A stretch of 45,466 nt of DNA, from NCBI GenBank assembly GCA_040773125.1, contig JAXGWV010000001.1, positions 1 to 45,466 on the forward strand, written 5' to 3'. The notes under the pieces are model-generated. The model did not search any database, was not told the DNA's origin, and saw only the letters and a list, made by a program, of their open reading frames with translations. Each line of letters begins with the position of its first letter. The first letter of the stretch is position 1. The DNA is from Candidatus Dojkabacteria bacterium. GTDB taxonomy: Bacteria; Patescibacteriota; Dojkabacteria; SC72. Below are positions 7,596-16,593 of this stretch, one piece after another. The position numbers were made by a program, and so were the translations under genes.

Positions 7596-7778
7596 ATGAA
7601 AAGAACATATCAGCCAAACAACATGCGAAGAATCAAAAAACTTGGTTTTAGAGCAAGAAATAGCAGTGTTGGTGGAAGAAGAGTTTTAAAAACTAAAAGA
7701 GCAAAGGGTAGAAAAGCACTATCTGTCTCAGAGGAGTATAAACTCATGAGAAAAAAGCATAAAAAAAATATTAAGTAG
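7596..7778 (+). CDS. rpmH: 50S ribosomal protein L34 (with 16-aa basic C-terminal extension)
   Basis: [44 protein letters not shown] matches the L34 consensus. It is divergent from dnaA, as is typical. Confidence 0.95.
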   Translation: MKRTYQPNNMRRIKKLGFRARNSSVGGRRVLKTKRAKGRKALSVSEEYKLMRKKHKKNIK

Positions 7779-7785
7779 TAATATC

Positions 7786-8145
7786 ATGCTACCTAAAAAA
7801 CACAGGTTACCTGCGAAAGAGTTTCAATCATTGTATAAAAATGGTGTTAAGTCCAAAGGAAAATATGGAATGCTGCTCTACTCAGAAGACCATCAGGGTA
7901 TTCCTAAATTTGGTTTTGTAGTGAGTAAGAAAATTGGAAATGCAGTAAAAAGACATAGGATGACAAGGCTTCTTCGAGTGATTTCAATGGAGGCCATTAA
8001 GGATGAAAAATTATTTAAAAATGGCGGGAATTTTGAATATATAGCATTTACTTTCTGTGATGACTATTCCTTGCTCAAGGAAGAATTTAATTATCTACTA
8101 AAAAAACTTTTATCTGATGAAAAAGGTAGTATTAAGCATTATTAA
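7786..8145 (+). CDS. rnpA: Ribonuclease P protein component
   Basis: 119 aa, basic, with LPKKHRL...F..LYKNG...GFVVSKKIGNAVKRHRMTRLLR. It occupies the conserved position after rpmH. Confidence 0.88.
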   Translation: MLPKKHRLPAKEFQSLYKNGVKSKGKYGMLLYSEDHQGIPKFGFVVSKKIGNAVKRHRMTRLLRVISMEAIKDEKLFKNGGNFEYIAFTFCDDYSLLKEEFNYLLKKLLSDEKGSIKHY

Positions 8146-8356
8146 AGGGTATCAAAAAACACTTTCGTTAGATCATGGCATCTATGGAAAACTTCGTCCA
8201 AATTACAGAGTGTGTAAATTTGTTCCTACTTGTTCCGAGTACGGATATGAGGCAATTGAAAAATATGGCGTTGTAAAAGGAGGACTATTGGCCTTTAAAA
8301 GGGTTTTAAGGTGTAACTACAAAACGGTAGCCGGAACATATGACCCTGTTCCTTAA
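8117..8356 (+). CDS. yidD: Membrane protein insertion efficiency factor YidD
   Basis: Contains CKFVPTCSEYGYEAIEKYGVVKGGLLAFKRVLRCN, the YidD signature. It overlaps rnpA by 29 nt. Confidence 0.9.
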   Translation: MKKVVLSIIKGYQKTLSLDHGIYGKLRPNYRVCKFVPTCSEYGYEAIEKYGVVKGGLLAFKRVLRCNYKTVAGTYDPVP

Positions 8357-8411
8357 TTACTTCTTTTGTGATATAGTCCGAAATACTATTTTAATTGACG
8401 ATATTTGAAAG

Positions 8412-9296
8412 ATGTTTCCTTGGATTTGGACAAACATATTGTATAACCCGATTCTTAATATTGCTTTATCTCTTTATCATCTTTTTGGTAATAATTTAGG
8501 TTTAGCAATCATTGCCCTCTCAATTATTTTTAGGTTGATTCTTCTTCCTCTAACCAAGAGTCAGACAAATATGACTAGAAAGATGGCATCACTAAAACCT
8601 AAATTAGATGCTCTTCAGAAGAAGTACAAGAACAACCCTGAGAAATTATCGCAAGAGCAGATGAAACTTTACAAAGCTTCTGGTTACAATCCTTTGGGTT
8701 GTCTCGGAACTTTTATTCCTCAACTGTTAATAATTATTGTTTTATACCAGGTAATTCGAAATATTGGGGCAAATAATATCAATGGCATGTATCCGTTTAT
8801 TCATGAATGGATAGCATCAAGTGAAGATTTTGTTATAAACACAAAGTTTTTGGGCTTAGAATTAACAAATATTTACTCTGAACTTCCTGATAAATTTGGT
8901 AAAGAGGGAATAGTATTTTTAATTATTGCTGTTATGGCTGGTGTTTCTCAATACTTCACAACTAAGTTTACTCAGTTGATGCAGAATCCTCAGACACCAA
9001 AAGCTGAAAAGAATGGGAAAAAGAAGAAAACAGGAGAGCTTTCTCCCGAGACTCTTCAAGAGAATATGTCAAAGTCTTTCAATTATGTTCTCCCAGCAAT
9101 GACTATACTTTTTGCTATTAGGATGCCCGCATTTTTGGGTTTATACTGGGTATCACAGTCTTTTGCCTTGATACTTCAATATATCGTTTTGGATTGGGAT
9201 AAAACAAAAGGTGGTGTACAGAATTTAATCTCTGTTATGAAAAAAGGTAAGAGAGAAGAAAAAAAAGAGGCGAAGAGATCGAAGGATTCTTCTTAG
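8412..9296 (+). CDS. yidC: Membrane protein insertase YidC (short, Gram-positive-like form)
   Basis: 294 aa, polytopic, with LAIIALSIIFRLILLPLTKSQ...M..L.P....L.KKYK.. and a basic C-terminal tail. It lies in the rnpA-yidD-yidC-jag order. Confidence 0.9.
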   Translation: MFPWIWTNILYNPILNIALSLYHLFGNNLGLAIIALSIIFRLILLPLTKSQTNMTRKMASLKPKLDALQKKYKNNPEKLSQEQMKLYKASGYNPLGCLGTFIPQLLIIIVLYQVIRNIGANNINGMYPFIHEWIASSEDFVINTKFLGLELTNIYSELPDKFGKEGIVFLIIAVMAGVSQYFTTKFTQLMQNPQTPKAEKNGKKKKTGELSPETLQENMSKSFNYVLPAMTILFAIRMPAFLGLYWVSQSFALILQYIVLDWDKTKGGVQNLISVMKKGKREEKKEAKRSKDSS

Positions 9297-9324
9297 TGGG
9301 TATCCTTATATATTTTGTAATAAA

Positions 9325-9822
9325 TTGTTAAACATTATCTTTATGAAAGATAAAGAATTATTAAAAATCGTCCAAAAAGAGGTGGAGAATCTAACCTCGT
9401 TGCTCAAAGTTGAGAGCGAAATGGATGTTTCTATAGAGGAAGGAGAAGAGGGGGTTAAATATATCAAAGTAAACTTTGAAGGGGAAGATTTGGGATATAT
9501 GATTGGAAACAGAGGTAGACATCTTGAGGCTCTACAGTTTATTCTTCAAATTATTTTGGGGAGGAAACTAGGGGAAGATGTTGATTTTAGGATATTTGTT
9601 GATGTCGCTGGGTATAGAAAAGAAAAAGACGAGAAATTAGAACAATTAGCACTCGAGAAAGCAGACAATGCAAGAATACTTGGAGAACCAATTGAATTAC
9701 CTCCAATGAAGCCATCTGATAGAAGGATTGTCCATTTGGCCTTAAAGAAATTCAAAGATATCTCTTCTGAGAGTATTGGAGAGGGAATGGACAGGAGAAT
9801 AGTTATTACTCCTATTAAGTAA
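9325..9822 (+). CDS. jag: Jag/KhpB-type KH + R3H RNA-binding protein
   Basis: A KH-like GYMIGNRGRHLEALQFIL and an R3H-like PMKPSDRRIVHLAL are present, and the gene follows yidC. The ORF start at 9325 is TTG; ATG 9343 (MKDKELL) is an alternative start. Confidence 0.8.
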   Translation: MLNIIFMKDKELLKIVQKEVENLTSLLKVESEMDVSIEEGEEGVKYIKVNFEGEDLGYMIGNRGRHLEALQFILQIILGRKLGEDVDFRIFVDVAGYRKEKDEKLEQLALEKADNARILGEPIELPPMKPSDRRIVHLALKKFKDISSESIGEGMDRRIVITPIK

Positions 9823-9832
9823 GTGTTGTGAA

Positions 9833-9841
9833 TGGTAATAT
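9833..9841 (+). promoter_or_regulatory. Extended -10 element TGGTAATAT, 6 nt upstream of ATG 9848
   Basis: Lies directly after the jag stop. The sequence reads TGGTAATAT-tagcta-ATG, with no SD. Confidence 0.45.
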
Positions 9842-9847
9842 TAGCTA

Positions 9848-11260
9848 ATGCTAAATAAATACTTCTCAAAAAAGAAGCTACTTGTTACACTCCTATTTGT
9901 CTTTACCATCTTTGCCCTATCCCTGTTTGCTGATGAATCTCTTGGGAGATTTCTTACCCTCTCTGTTCTTGTATTAATCTTTTACTTCTCGTATTTTTTC
10001 ACGAATAAGATACCCCTTTCCTTCCTTCTGTTTATTATCCTCTCTCTTCCTTTAAATATAACTTATCAACTACCAATTGAATTCTCAAATACTTTAGTGA
10101 ACAATATTCATGTAAATTACCTTGTCCCCACACTTTCTGTTATAGATTTGGGAGTATTTCTCTTTTTCTTTGCATCGTTGATTGAAAATAACTTTGTATT
10201 TAAAAAAATATATATTAAATACAAACTACCTCTATTACTTTTTCTTGTCTTTCTACTAGCTCAAAACATTTTCTTTAGAGATATTCTTGTTTCTTTAAAT
10301 TCGGTAAGGTTCTTTGCATATATTTTAGCGTTTTTAATTTTAGTTGAGGAATTCCAAAAAAATGGAATAAAAAGGAAAGAAATAACAATAGTTTCCCTTT
10401 TCCTTCTCATTTCTACTGTACTTCAAGCTATGATTGGATATATTCAATTTGAGAAAGGTGTCTCTCTTGGATTAAATTTCTTTGGAGAATCAAAAGTAGC
10501 AGCAGGTTTGTTAGGTTCGAGTTTTGTAAGCCTCTCTGGAAATGAGATCCTTAGATCCTATGGAACATTTCCTCATCCAAATATGTTAGCAGGGTTTTTT
10601 CTATTATCCTTTTTCTTTTCTCTATACCTTCTAAAAAATATCGAGAAGAAATTTTCTTTTCTTCCATATATCACAATTTTAACCTCTATCATTTTTATAA
10701 TACCAACCTTTTCAAGAGTGACGATTCTAGTACTTTTTCTCTGCATATTAGTTCTTGGAATAACTTTTCTATTTAAAAGAAAAGTATTTTTTTCATTCAC
10801 TCCTGTTTTGCTGATTGAAAGATTTTTTTCTCTCTTCAAAGGAGGTGATTTAGGAGCAATAGATAGAGTAAATTTGATTAAGGTATTTCCGAGTGTTTTC
10901 AAAGAGAATATATTTCAAGGAACAGGTCTTGGTAGGTTTGTTCTCTTTATGGGAGATAGAGCACCTATAACAAAGGGAGGTCTTTTTCTCTTGCAACCAG
11001 TTCACAATGTTGTGTTGCTACTTCTTTCCGAGTTAGGAATTTTTGGTTTCTCCTCTTTCTGTTTTTTGTTTTACACAATCATAAAAAAGAATATCAAATC
11101 TCTAACCTTAGTTTCTGTTTTGATACTTTTTTCCCTCTTTGTTATCAGTATGTTTGACCACTATCTTGTTTCATTACCTCAAGGGATAGCAATGTTTTGG
11201 TGTTTTATTGGATTAACAATTCTTTTCTCAAATAAATTGAAAAAAGTAAGTAGTAGATAG
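9848..11260 (+). CDS. O-antigen ligase/polymerase-like (Wzy_C family) polytopic membrane protein
   Basis: 470 aa with at least 10 TM segments. The periplasmic-loop region (TFSRVTIL..., GTGLGRF, QPVHNVVLLLLSELGIFG) is typical of the O-antigen ligase family. Confidence 0.7.
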   Translation: MLNKYFSKKKLLVTLLFVFTIFALSLFADESLGRFLTLSVLVLIFYFSYFFTNKIPLSFLLFIILSLPLNITYQLPIEFSNTLVNNIHVNYLVPTLSVIDLGVFLFFFASLIENNFVFKKIYIKYKLPLLLFLVFLLAQNIFFRDILVSLNSVRFFAYILAFLILVEEFQKNGIKRKEITIVSLFLLISTVLQAMIGYIQFEKGVSLGLNFFGESKVAAGLLGSSFVSLSGNEILRSYGTFPHPNMLAGFFLLSFFFSLYLLKNIEKKFSFLPYITILTSIIFIIPTFSRVTILVLFLCILVLGITFLFKRKVFFSFTPVLLIERFFSLFKGGDLGAIDRVNLIKVFPSVFKENIFQGTGLGRFVLFMGDRAPITKGGLFLLQPVHNVVLLLLSELGIFGFSSFCFLFYTIIKKNIKSLTLVSVLILFSLFVISMFDHYLVSLPQGIAMFWCFIGLTILFSNKLKKVSSR

Positions 11261-11496
11261 ATTAGGGATATGGTTTGGATATTGGGAATATTACTCTAGG
11301 GACACAGGCTCTGAAATGAGCAAAATGCGAGTCTAAATTGTACCACGCATAAATTCTAGTCTTGGGTACATATCACCTTTCTAATGACCCCTAGGGACGT
11401 CACAAGCTCAAGTATTGATATGTCTAGGAATATATAAAGCGACTAGTAAAAGAATCAAGTATAGGTGTATTACATAGAAAATATTTGAATTAACAA

Positions 11497-11583
11497 CGGA
11501 GAGAGTGGGATTCGAACCCACGGTATGATTTCTCATACGAACGCTCTCCAAGCGTTTCCTTTCGACCACTCAGGCATCTCTCC
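11497..11583 (-). tRNA. tRNA-Ser (anticodon GGA), CCA not encoded
   Basis: The reverse complement is GGAGAGATGCCTGAGTGGTCGAAAGGAAACGCTTGGAGAGCGTTCGTATGAGAAATCATACCGTGGGTTCGAATCCCACTCTCTCCG. The anticodon loop is TT-GGA-GA and the variable arm is long. Confidence 0.92.
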
Positions 11584-11592
11584 AATCTCTGT

Positions 11593-11601
11593 ATTCTATC
11601 A
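11593..11601 (-). promoter_or_regulatory. Extended -10 element TGATAGAAT for tRNA-Ser(GGA)
   Basis: Plus-strand attctatca, 9 nt upstream of the tRNA 5' end (11583). Confidence 0.45.
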
Positions 11602-11660
11602 AATAGTATTGGCAGAATCTAGCGAAATTAGCATCTAAAAAATTCAGTAAGAAAATGGAA

Positions 11661-11737
11661 TGGCGTACCTGGCCGGAATCGAACCGACAACCTACTGCTT
11701 AGAAGGCAATTGCTCTATCCAATTGAGCTACAGGTAC
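11661..11737 (-). tRNA. tRNA-Arg (anticodon TCT), CCA encoded
   Basis: The reverse complement is GTACCTGTAGCTCAATTGGATAGAGCAATTGCCTTCTAAGCAGTAGGTTGTCGGTTCGATTCCGGCCAGGTACGCCA. It has a perfect 7-bp acceptor stem and the anticodon loop CT-TCT-AA. Confidence 0.93.
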
Positions 11738-11748
11738 ATAACTGAGCA

Positions 11749-11757
11749 ATTCTACCA
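11749..11757 (-). promoter_or_regulatory. Extended -10 element TGGTAGAAT for tRNA-Arg
   Basis: Plus-strand attctacca, 11 nt upstream of the tRNA 5' end (11737) and just downstream of the 608-aa gene stop. Confidence 0.45.
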
Positions 11758-11779
11758 GATAAAGGTCTGAATTTAAAGC

Positions 11780-13606
11780 CTAAAATACTTCTTGTAACTC
11801 AATTACAATCCCTCCACTTTTTGTTGGGAAGTACTTTAGTTTTTCTGGGAATGATTTAGGTTCAAAGACAACCTCTGTTTTCTTGTCAGAAAATACAAAT
11901 GTATTTAATATTTGTAATCCTTCTTCCCATTTTTTCCCTTTAATAGCATCAACAATTGACTGCTTTTCTACTTTTGGTTTTATTTGTGCTTTGGCAACTA
12001 ACTTTATCTTTGGTGATGTTGGGTTGTTTTCTACAACTGAAATCTCTTTGGTTATTTCATCACTTAGTGTTAATTCCAAATTTTTATCTGTCTCAAAAAG
12101 ATTTTTCTCTTTTGCTTCCTTTGTAAACAACTCAGAAAGCTTTTCATCAAATCCATCTTTCATAAAGAATGTAGCAGTTGATATGCTCTTTAGACTCAAG
12201 TTTGCTTCATCTGCTTCACTTCCTACCGCGATATCCGTCTTTATACTGTCTTTCACTATTTCACTTTTAATGGAATCAGGAATTATCTCCCAAGTTCCTC
12301 CTGATTTGTCTTTTAACTCTCGTTCTCCATCTTCAAAGGCGATCTTTTTTATTTCTTCGACTCCATTATTTACATCAACCTGTGAAAGCACCTTATATTC
12401 TATCTTTGTTCCACCTGTTATAGGTTGAGGAGCAATACCTGTCATATTTGATGAAGAGAAACTCTGTATGGTAAAAGGGGTTGCAGCAGGAAAATTATAG
12501 TCACTTCCAATATCCATTGCTGTAATGCCAACTGATTGGGGTACTAATTGCTCACATGAGAAAGTAATTGCTTTATCAGTTTTGAAATTCTTATTATCTC
12601 CCGCTGTTACTATATGTCCAGCCTCAATTGTAATAGATTCGAGACCGGGGCAACTTGTTCCCACAGGTGGTGTGTACATAATCATTATTGTTCCTTTTGC
12701 CTTCTCTCCCTTGAACGCAGAGCCCGTGGCCTTTATTGTAGTGGATCTATCCTTCTCGGCCTTTTCAAACTTAATTGGAATCTTATCATCTTCAAAGTCA
12801 ATTTCCTTAATATTCTCATCACCAGTAAATGTTCTTTCAATGGATGCCTCTCTGGCTTCTATATACATTTTAATCCTTACGTATGGAGCAGTTTTGTAAT
12901 AGACGAAAGAAGCTAAAAGGATTATTGCCACCAAACTTCCTCCAATTCTTCCTAGAAGTTTTTTTGTCTTTGGAGATAACTCTTTTCGCTCTTTCTTAAG
13001 TTTATCTTTAGAAGAAGTATTAATTACCTTTTTTGGATTAGATTTTGAGTGGAACAAAACATGTGCATCCGATTCATGAGGTTGGGAAATGGTTTCAACC
13101 TCCTCTGCTTCAGCCTCTTCTTGATATGGGGATAAATCCTCGGTTGGCAAATCATCATCAATGCTAATTCCCTCGTCTTCATTTTTGTAAACAATTGGGA
13201 TTTCTTGTTCATTTGGTGTTTCAACTTCAGTAGGTTCAACAAGCTCCTCTTTTTTCTCTTCAGGGATATTTTTTGGTGATAGCCTTTGTTCTTTTTTCTT
13301 CTGTTCTTCCTCCCAATCACTTTCTAGGGGAAGTGTTGTTGTTTCAATGGTATACAGACCAGCACTACTTGCATTCTTTACCCCAGTGGAGTTATTAATT
13401 ATCTGTGCAATTAACAGTTTATTCTCATCGTCAGCTGTTTCTTGAATGACCTTTAAATTAATAGGGCTGATAAGTAAATCAGATTCTTCTGCGAATGTTA
13501 ATACAATCCTGTCATTAGGAGATTCTAAAATACCTGCAACTACATCAGTTAACTCATCATCGGAGTTAATTACAATTTTAGTTATTTTTTTACTCTCTTG
13601 TTCCAT
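11780..13606 (-). CDS. Hypothetical bitopic membrane protein (cytoplasmic N-domain, acidic linker, one TM, ~380-aa external domain)
   Basis: 608-aa ORF with a TM segment LLGRIGGSLVAIILLASFVYY near aa 218-238 and an E/D/P-rich linker at aa 95-180. Its start overlaps the upstream ftsA-like gene by 17 nt. The C-domain vaguely recalls proteins annotated baseplate-J-like, but I cannot verify that. Confidence 0.7.
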   Translation of the reverse strand: MEQESKKITKIVINSDDELTDVVAGILESPNDRIVLTFAEESDLLISPINLKVIQETADDENKLLIAQIINNSTGVKNASSAGLYTIETTTLPLESDWEEEQKKKEQRLSPKNIPEEKKEELVEPTEVETPNEQEIPIVYKNEDEGISIDDDLPTEDLSPYQEEAEAEEVETISQPHESDAHVLFHSKSNPKKVINTSSKDKLKKERKELSPKTKKLLGRIGGSLVAIILLASFVYYKTAPYVRIKMYIEAREASIERTFTGDENIKEIDFEDDKIPIKFEKAEKDRSTTIKATGSAFKGEKAKGTIMIMYTPPVGTSCPGLESITIEAGHIVTAGDNKNFKTDKAITFSCEQLVPQSVGITAMDIGSDYNFPAATPFTIQSFSSSNMTGIAPQPITGGTKIEYKVLSQVDVNNGVEEIKKIAFEDGERELKDKSGGTWEIIPDSIKSEIVKDSIKTDIAVGSEADEANLSLKSISTATFFMKDGFDEKLSELFTKEAKEKNLFETDKNLELTLSDEITKEISVVENNPTSPKIKLVAKAQIKPKVEKQSIVDAIKGKKWEEGLQILNTFVFSDKKTEVVFEPKSFPEKLKYFPTKSGGIVIELQEVF

Positions 13607-14837
13607 CTAAATCGTTTTTATTTATATCATATACAAACTTTGTAAGCGAAGCTGGAGTAATGTCGTAGACATGCCTTAAATCTTTACTATTGTCAGTAAT
13701 TCTATCAAGTTTGTCTGGTGTAAAGTACTCAATTTTAGGAACAACAGCAAAGTGTAAGAATTTTTTCCATGGAAATTCTAGCATGACTTCTTTTATCTCA
13801 GGTAGTAAAGAGCCTCCTCCACAGAGATAGATTTGGGGTGGAAAAGAGGACACATCTTCGCATAGAGATAAGGCTGTTTTTAATGTTTTCATCCAAAGTT
13901 TTGCAACTGGATATACGATTTTTTGTACTTCCCTTGATAGCTCTTTATTTAACTCTTTGTTTGAATATTTTATCTTCCTTTGTTCTGCAACTCGGTATTC
14001 GAGGTTCAACACTTTTGCAATTTCCTTAGTTACAGATCTTCCTCCGAAAGCGAACATTTTTGTTTCAATTACATTTCCTTTTTCAACAACTGCAATATCT
14101 GTCGTTCCTCCACCGATATCAATAAATATGGCGGAGAAATCTCTATTAGATGAACCAGAGAATGCTCTTGCAACAGCGAATGGCTGAGATACAATACCTA
14201 AGACATTTAAGTCAAGCTCGGAAGCTACTTTTCTAAGTGACTCAACATATGTTTTTGGTGCAAATGATGCGTAGTAAATTAATTTTACATCCTTTCCTTT
14301 ATATCCTATTAACGAATCAACGGGCATTCCTCCAATCTCTAAACCTGTTTTAGTAAGATGAAGAATTTCAATATCCTCATTAACAAGCCCAATTCTTTGA
14401 CCTAAGTCATATTTCCCTGATGATTCGATTTTGCTCTCAATTTGAGAAATAATCTTAGCTTCTTCTTTCTCTGTGACTTCTTCATCGAAGTTTTGGTCTC
14501 TTTGGTAATTAACGACAATGGATACTCCTTGAATGTATTCTCCAGCAATACCCATAACAATATGTTTTGGATATTCCTCGGGAGTAAGTCGGTCGGTCAA
14601 AGAAGACATTGTAAGTCTGCAATTTGTTAATACAGTATCAAGGTTCGATATGATTCCACTTTTCATTGCATGTTGCTGTTGTTCTACTCTAGAAACTTTT
14701 GATACTACTACTCCAAATTTGTTTACTTTAAACAGAACCCCTTTAAGCAATTCAGTCCCAATATCGAGGACCACAATGTTATCTTTCGGGTCTAATTTAT
14801 TCTTTTGATTTTGTTTTAGAATAGGCAGATGAAACAT
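13590..14837 (-). CDS. ftsA: Actin-like ATPase of the FtsA/PilM family (FtsA most likely)
   Basis: 415 aa with the phosphate-1 motif VVLDIGTELLKG, the phosphate-2 motif AIFIDIGGGTTDIAVV, and IYLCGGGSLLPEI. An inserted domain between them matches the FtsA arrangement. Confidence 0.75.
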   Translation of the reverse strand: MFHLPILKQNQKNKLDPKDNIVVLDIGTELLKGVLFKVNKFGVVVSKVSRVEQQQHAMKSGIISNLDTVLTNCRLTMSSLTDRLTPEEYPKHIVMGIAGEYIQGVSIVVNYQRDQNFDEEVTEKEEAKIISQIESKIESSGKYDLGQRIGLVNEDIEILHLTKTGLEIGGMPVDSLIGYKGKDVKLIYYASFAPKTYVESLRKVASELDLNVLGIVSQPFAVARAFSGSSNRDFSAIFIDIGGGTTDIAVVEKGNVIETKMFAFGGRSVTKEIAKVLNLEYRVAEQRKIKYSNKELNKELSREVQKIVYPVAKLWMKTLKTALSLCEDVSSFPPQIYLCGGGSLLPEIKEVMLEFPWKKFLHFAVVPKIEYFTPDKLDRITDNSKDLRHVYDITPASLTKFVYDINKNDLDGTRE

Positions 14838-14844
14838 ACACTAG

Positions 14845-14853
14845 AGTATATCA
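14845..14853 (-). promoter_or_regulatory. Extended -10 element TGATATACT, 7 nt upstream of the ftsA-like ATG
   Basis: The minus strand reads TGATATACT-ctagtgt-ATG, with no SD. Confidence 0.45.
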
Positions 14854-14880
14854 TATTAGGTTGTTTGTAAAAGGGTAAGA

Positions 14881-16584
14881 CTAAATTGTTGAAACCATGA
14901 TTATTGGTTCTCTTTCAGTCCTCTTGTAAATCAGCTTAGCAAGACTTTTTTCTATACTCTCCTTTAACTTATCGTAGTCAGGTTTTTTACTATTTTGTTC
15001 ATTCTTTAGCCATTCCCTATGTTCATCAAAAATTGTATTTGTAATCTCCTTTAAAAGAGATTGAGAATTCTTGAAATATATGAACCCTCTTGAAAGGAAT
15101 TTAGGTTTCCCCAATATCTTATGTGTGTTTGCACTTAGATTTAAGATTACGGAGAATATTCCATACTCAGCTAATTGTTTACGATCCTTAAGAACCATAT
15201 CTCCAATATCTCCAACTCCCAAGCCATCTATTAGAATGGGTTTCGATTCAACATTTTTTCCTCTCTTCCATTGCCAGTTTGAATACTCCCAAACTTGACC
15301 ATCATCTGTAAGAAGAATGTTGTTTGGGTTTATTCCCCATCTCTGTAAATTAAGCTTGTTAAAATATCTAAATGTTAGAGACCCGTGTATTGGCATAACA
15401 TATTTTGGACGAATAAATTCCACCATTGCTCGAATATCTTCTTGATTCCCATGTCCGGTTGAGTGAATTTTTAAGTTTACGGAATCCTTCATAAGCTCAG
15501 CTCCAAGAGATATTAGCCTATCAGTCATTCTCTCAATATTTGAGATATTCTCAGGTATTTCAGAAGAAGACATAATTACTAGATCTCCCTTCTTAATTTT
15601 AATATTTCTATGTTCGTTGAGAGAGATTCTGTTAAGAACCGCAAACCTTTCACCTTGACTTCCAGTACAAAGGATTAAAAGTTCTTTGTCTGGGTATTTA
15701 TTGATATCCTTGTCCTTTATAAATAAATCATCCTCAACTTTGATGTACCCATTATCTCTTGCAATTTTAATTGCAAGGTCAAGGCTTCGACCAGCGAGAA
15801 GGACTTTCCTGTTTGTCTTTTTAGCAATATCAATTAGAGAATACAGTCTGGTAATTAAGGAAGAGAATGCTGAGACAATGACTCTCCCCTGTTGTTGTGA
15901 AATTATCTCTAGTAAATTTTCAGAAATCATTTTTTCCGATGGAGCTTTCCCAGGAACTGTAGCATTAGTACTTTCGATAAGGGCTAAATCAACTCTTCCT
16001 CTTAAGCTTTTAAGCTTTTCGTAGTCTGATTGAGGCTCGTTTGCAGGAGTTAAATCAAATTTGAAATCACCTGAAAAGAAGACATTTCCTTTCGGAGATT
16101 GAATAAAGATTGAGAATGCATCTGGGATACTATGGTTAATACCAATAAAAGTTGCTTTAAAGTATTTTCCAATTTGAAGTTGTGATTTCCTATCAACACC
16201 ATAGATCTTAACTTTCTTGTCTAACTTGTATTCTTTCATTTTTGCCTCTATAAGAGATTTAGCAAACCCACCCGCATAAATTGGGGGGAAGTCAAGTTCT
16301 GGAAGTATCCACCTTAATGCTCCTATGTGATCAAGGTGTCCATGCGTTATTAGAATAGCTTTAATATCCTTTTTTTGTTTTTTGAGATAATTAGTATTAG
16401 GGATTAAGTAGTCAATTCCATACATTTCTTGCCCAGGGAACGAATATCCAGCATCAACCATGATAATTTCATCTTTATATTGGATAAAATTGGAATTTCT
16501 TCCGATTTCAGTTGTTCCTGATAGAGTGCATAGTCTTAACAAATCCTCTTTACCATTACCTTTTCTGTTGTTATAATTTTTCAT
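14881..16584 (-). CDS. rnj: Ribonuclease J (metallo-beta-lactamase / beta-CASP)
   Basis: 567 aa with GTTEIGRNSNFIQYKDEIIMVDAG, the HxHxDH motif ITHGHLDHIGAL, the beta-CASP region, and HSTGHGNQED. Confidence 0.92.
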   Translation of the reverse strand: MKNYNNRKGNGKEDLLRLCTLSGTTEIGRNSNFIQYKDEIIMVDAGYSFPGQEMYGIDYLIPNTNYLKKQKKDIKAILITHGHLDHIGALRWILPELDFPPIYAGGFAKSLIEAKMKEYKLDKKVKIYGVDRKSQLQIGKYFKATFIGINHSIPDAFSIFIQSPKGNVFFSGDFKFDLTPANEPQSDYEKLKSLRGRVDLALIESTNATVPGKAPSEKMISENLLEIISQQQGRVIVSAFSSLITRLYSLIDIAKKTNRKVLLAGRSLDLAIKIARDNGYIKVEDDLFIKDKDINKYPDKELLILCTGSQGERFAVLNRISLNEHRNIKIKKGDLVIMSSSEIPENISNIERMTDRLISLGAELMKDSVNLKIHSTGHGNQEDIRAMVEFIRPKYVMPIHGSLTFRYFNKLNLQRWGINPNNILLTDDGQVWEYSNWQWKRGKNVESKPILIDGLGVGDIGDMVLKDRKQLAEYGIFSVILNLSANTHKILGKPKFLSRGFIYFKNSQSLLKEITNTIFDEHREWLKNEQNSKKPDYDKLKESIEKSLAKLIYKRTEREPIIMVSTI

Positions 16585-16593
16585 ATTACATGC

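Noticed and set aside
104-11760. tRNA-adjacent regions as integration sites of a mobile element
   Set aside because: There is no integrase, recombinase or transposase ORF. I could not see a direct repeat of a tRNA 3' end, and there are no phage-like genes anywhere in the window.
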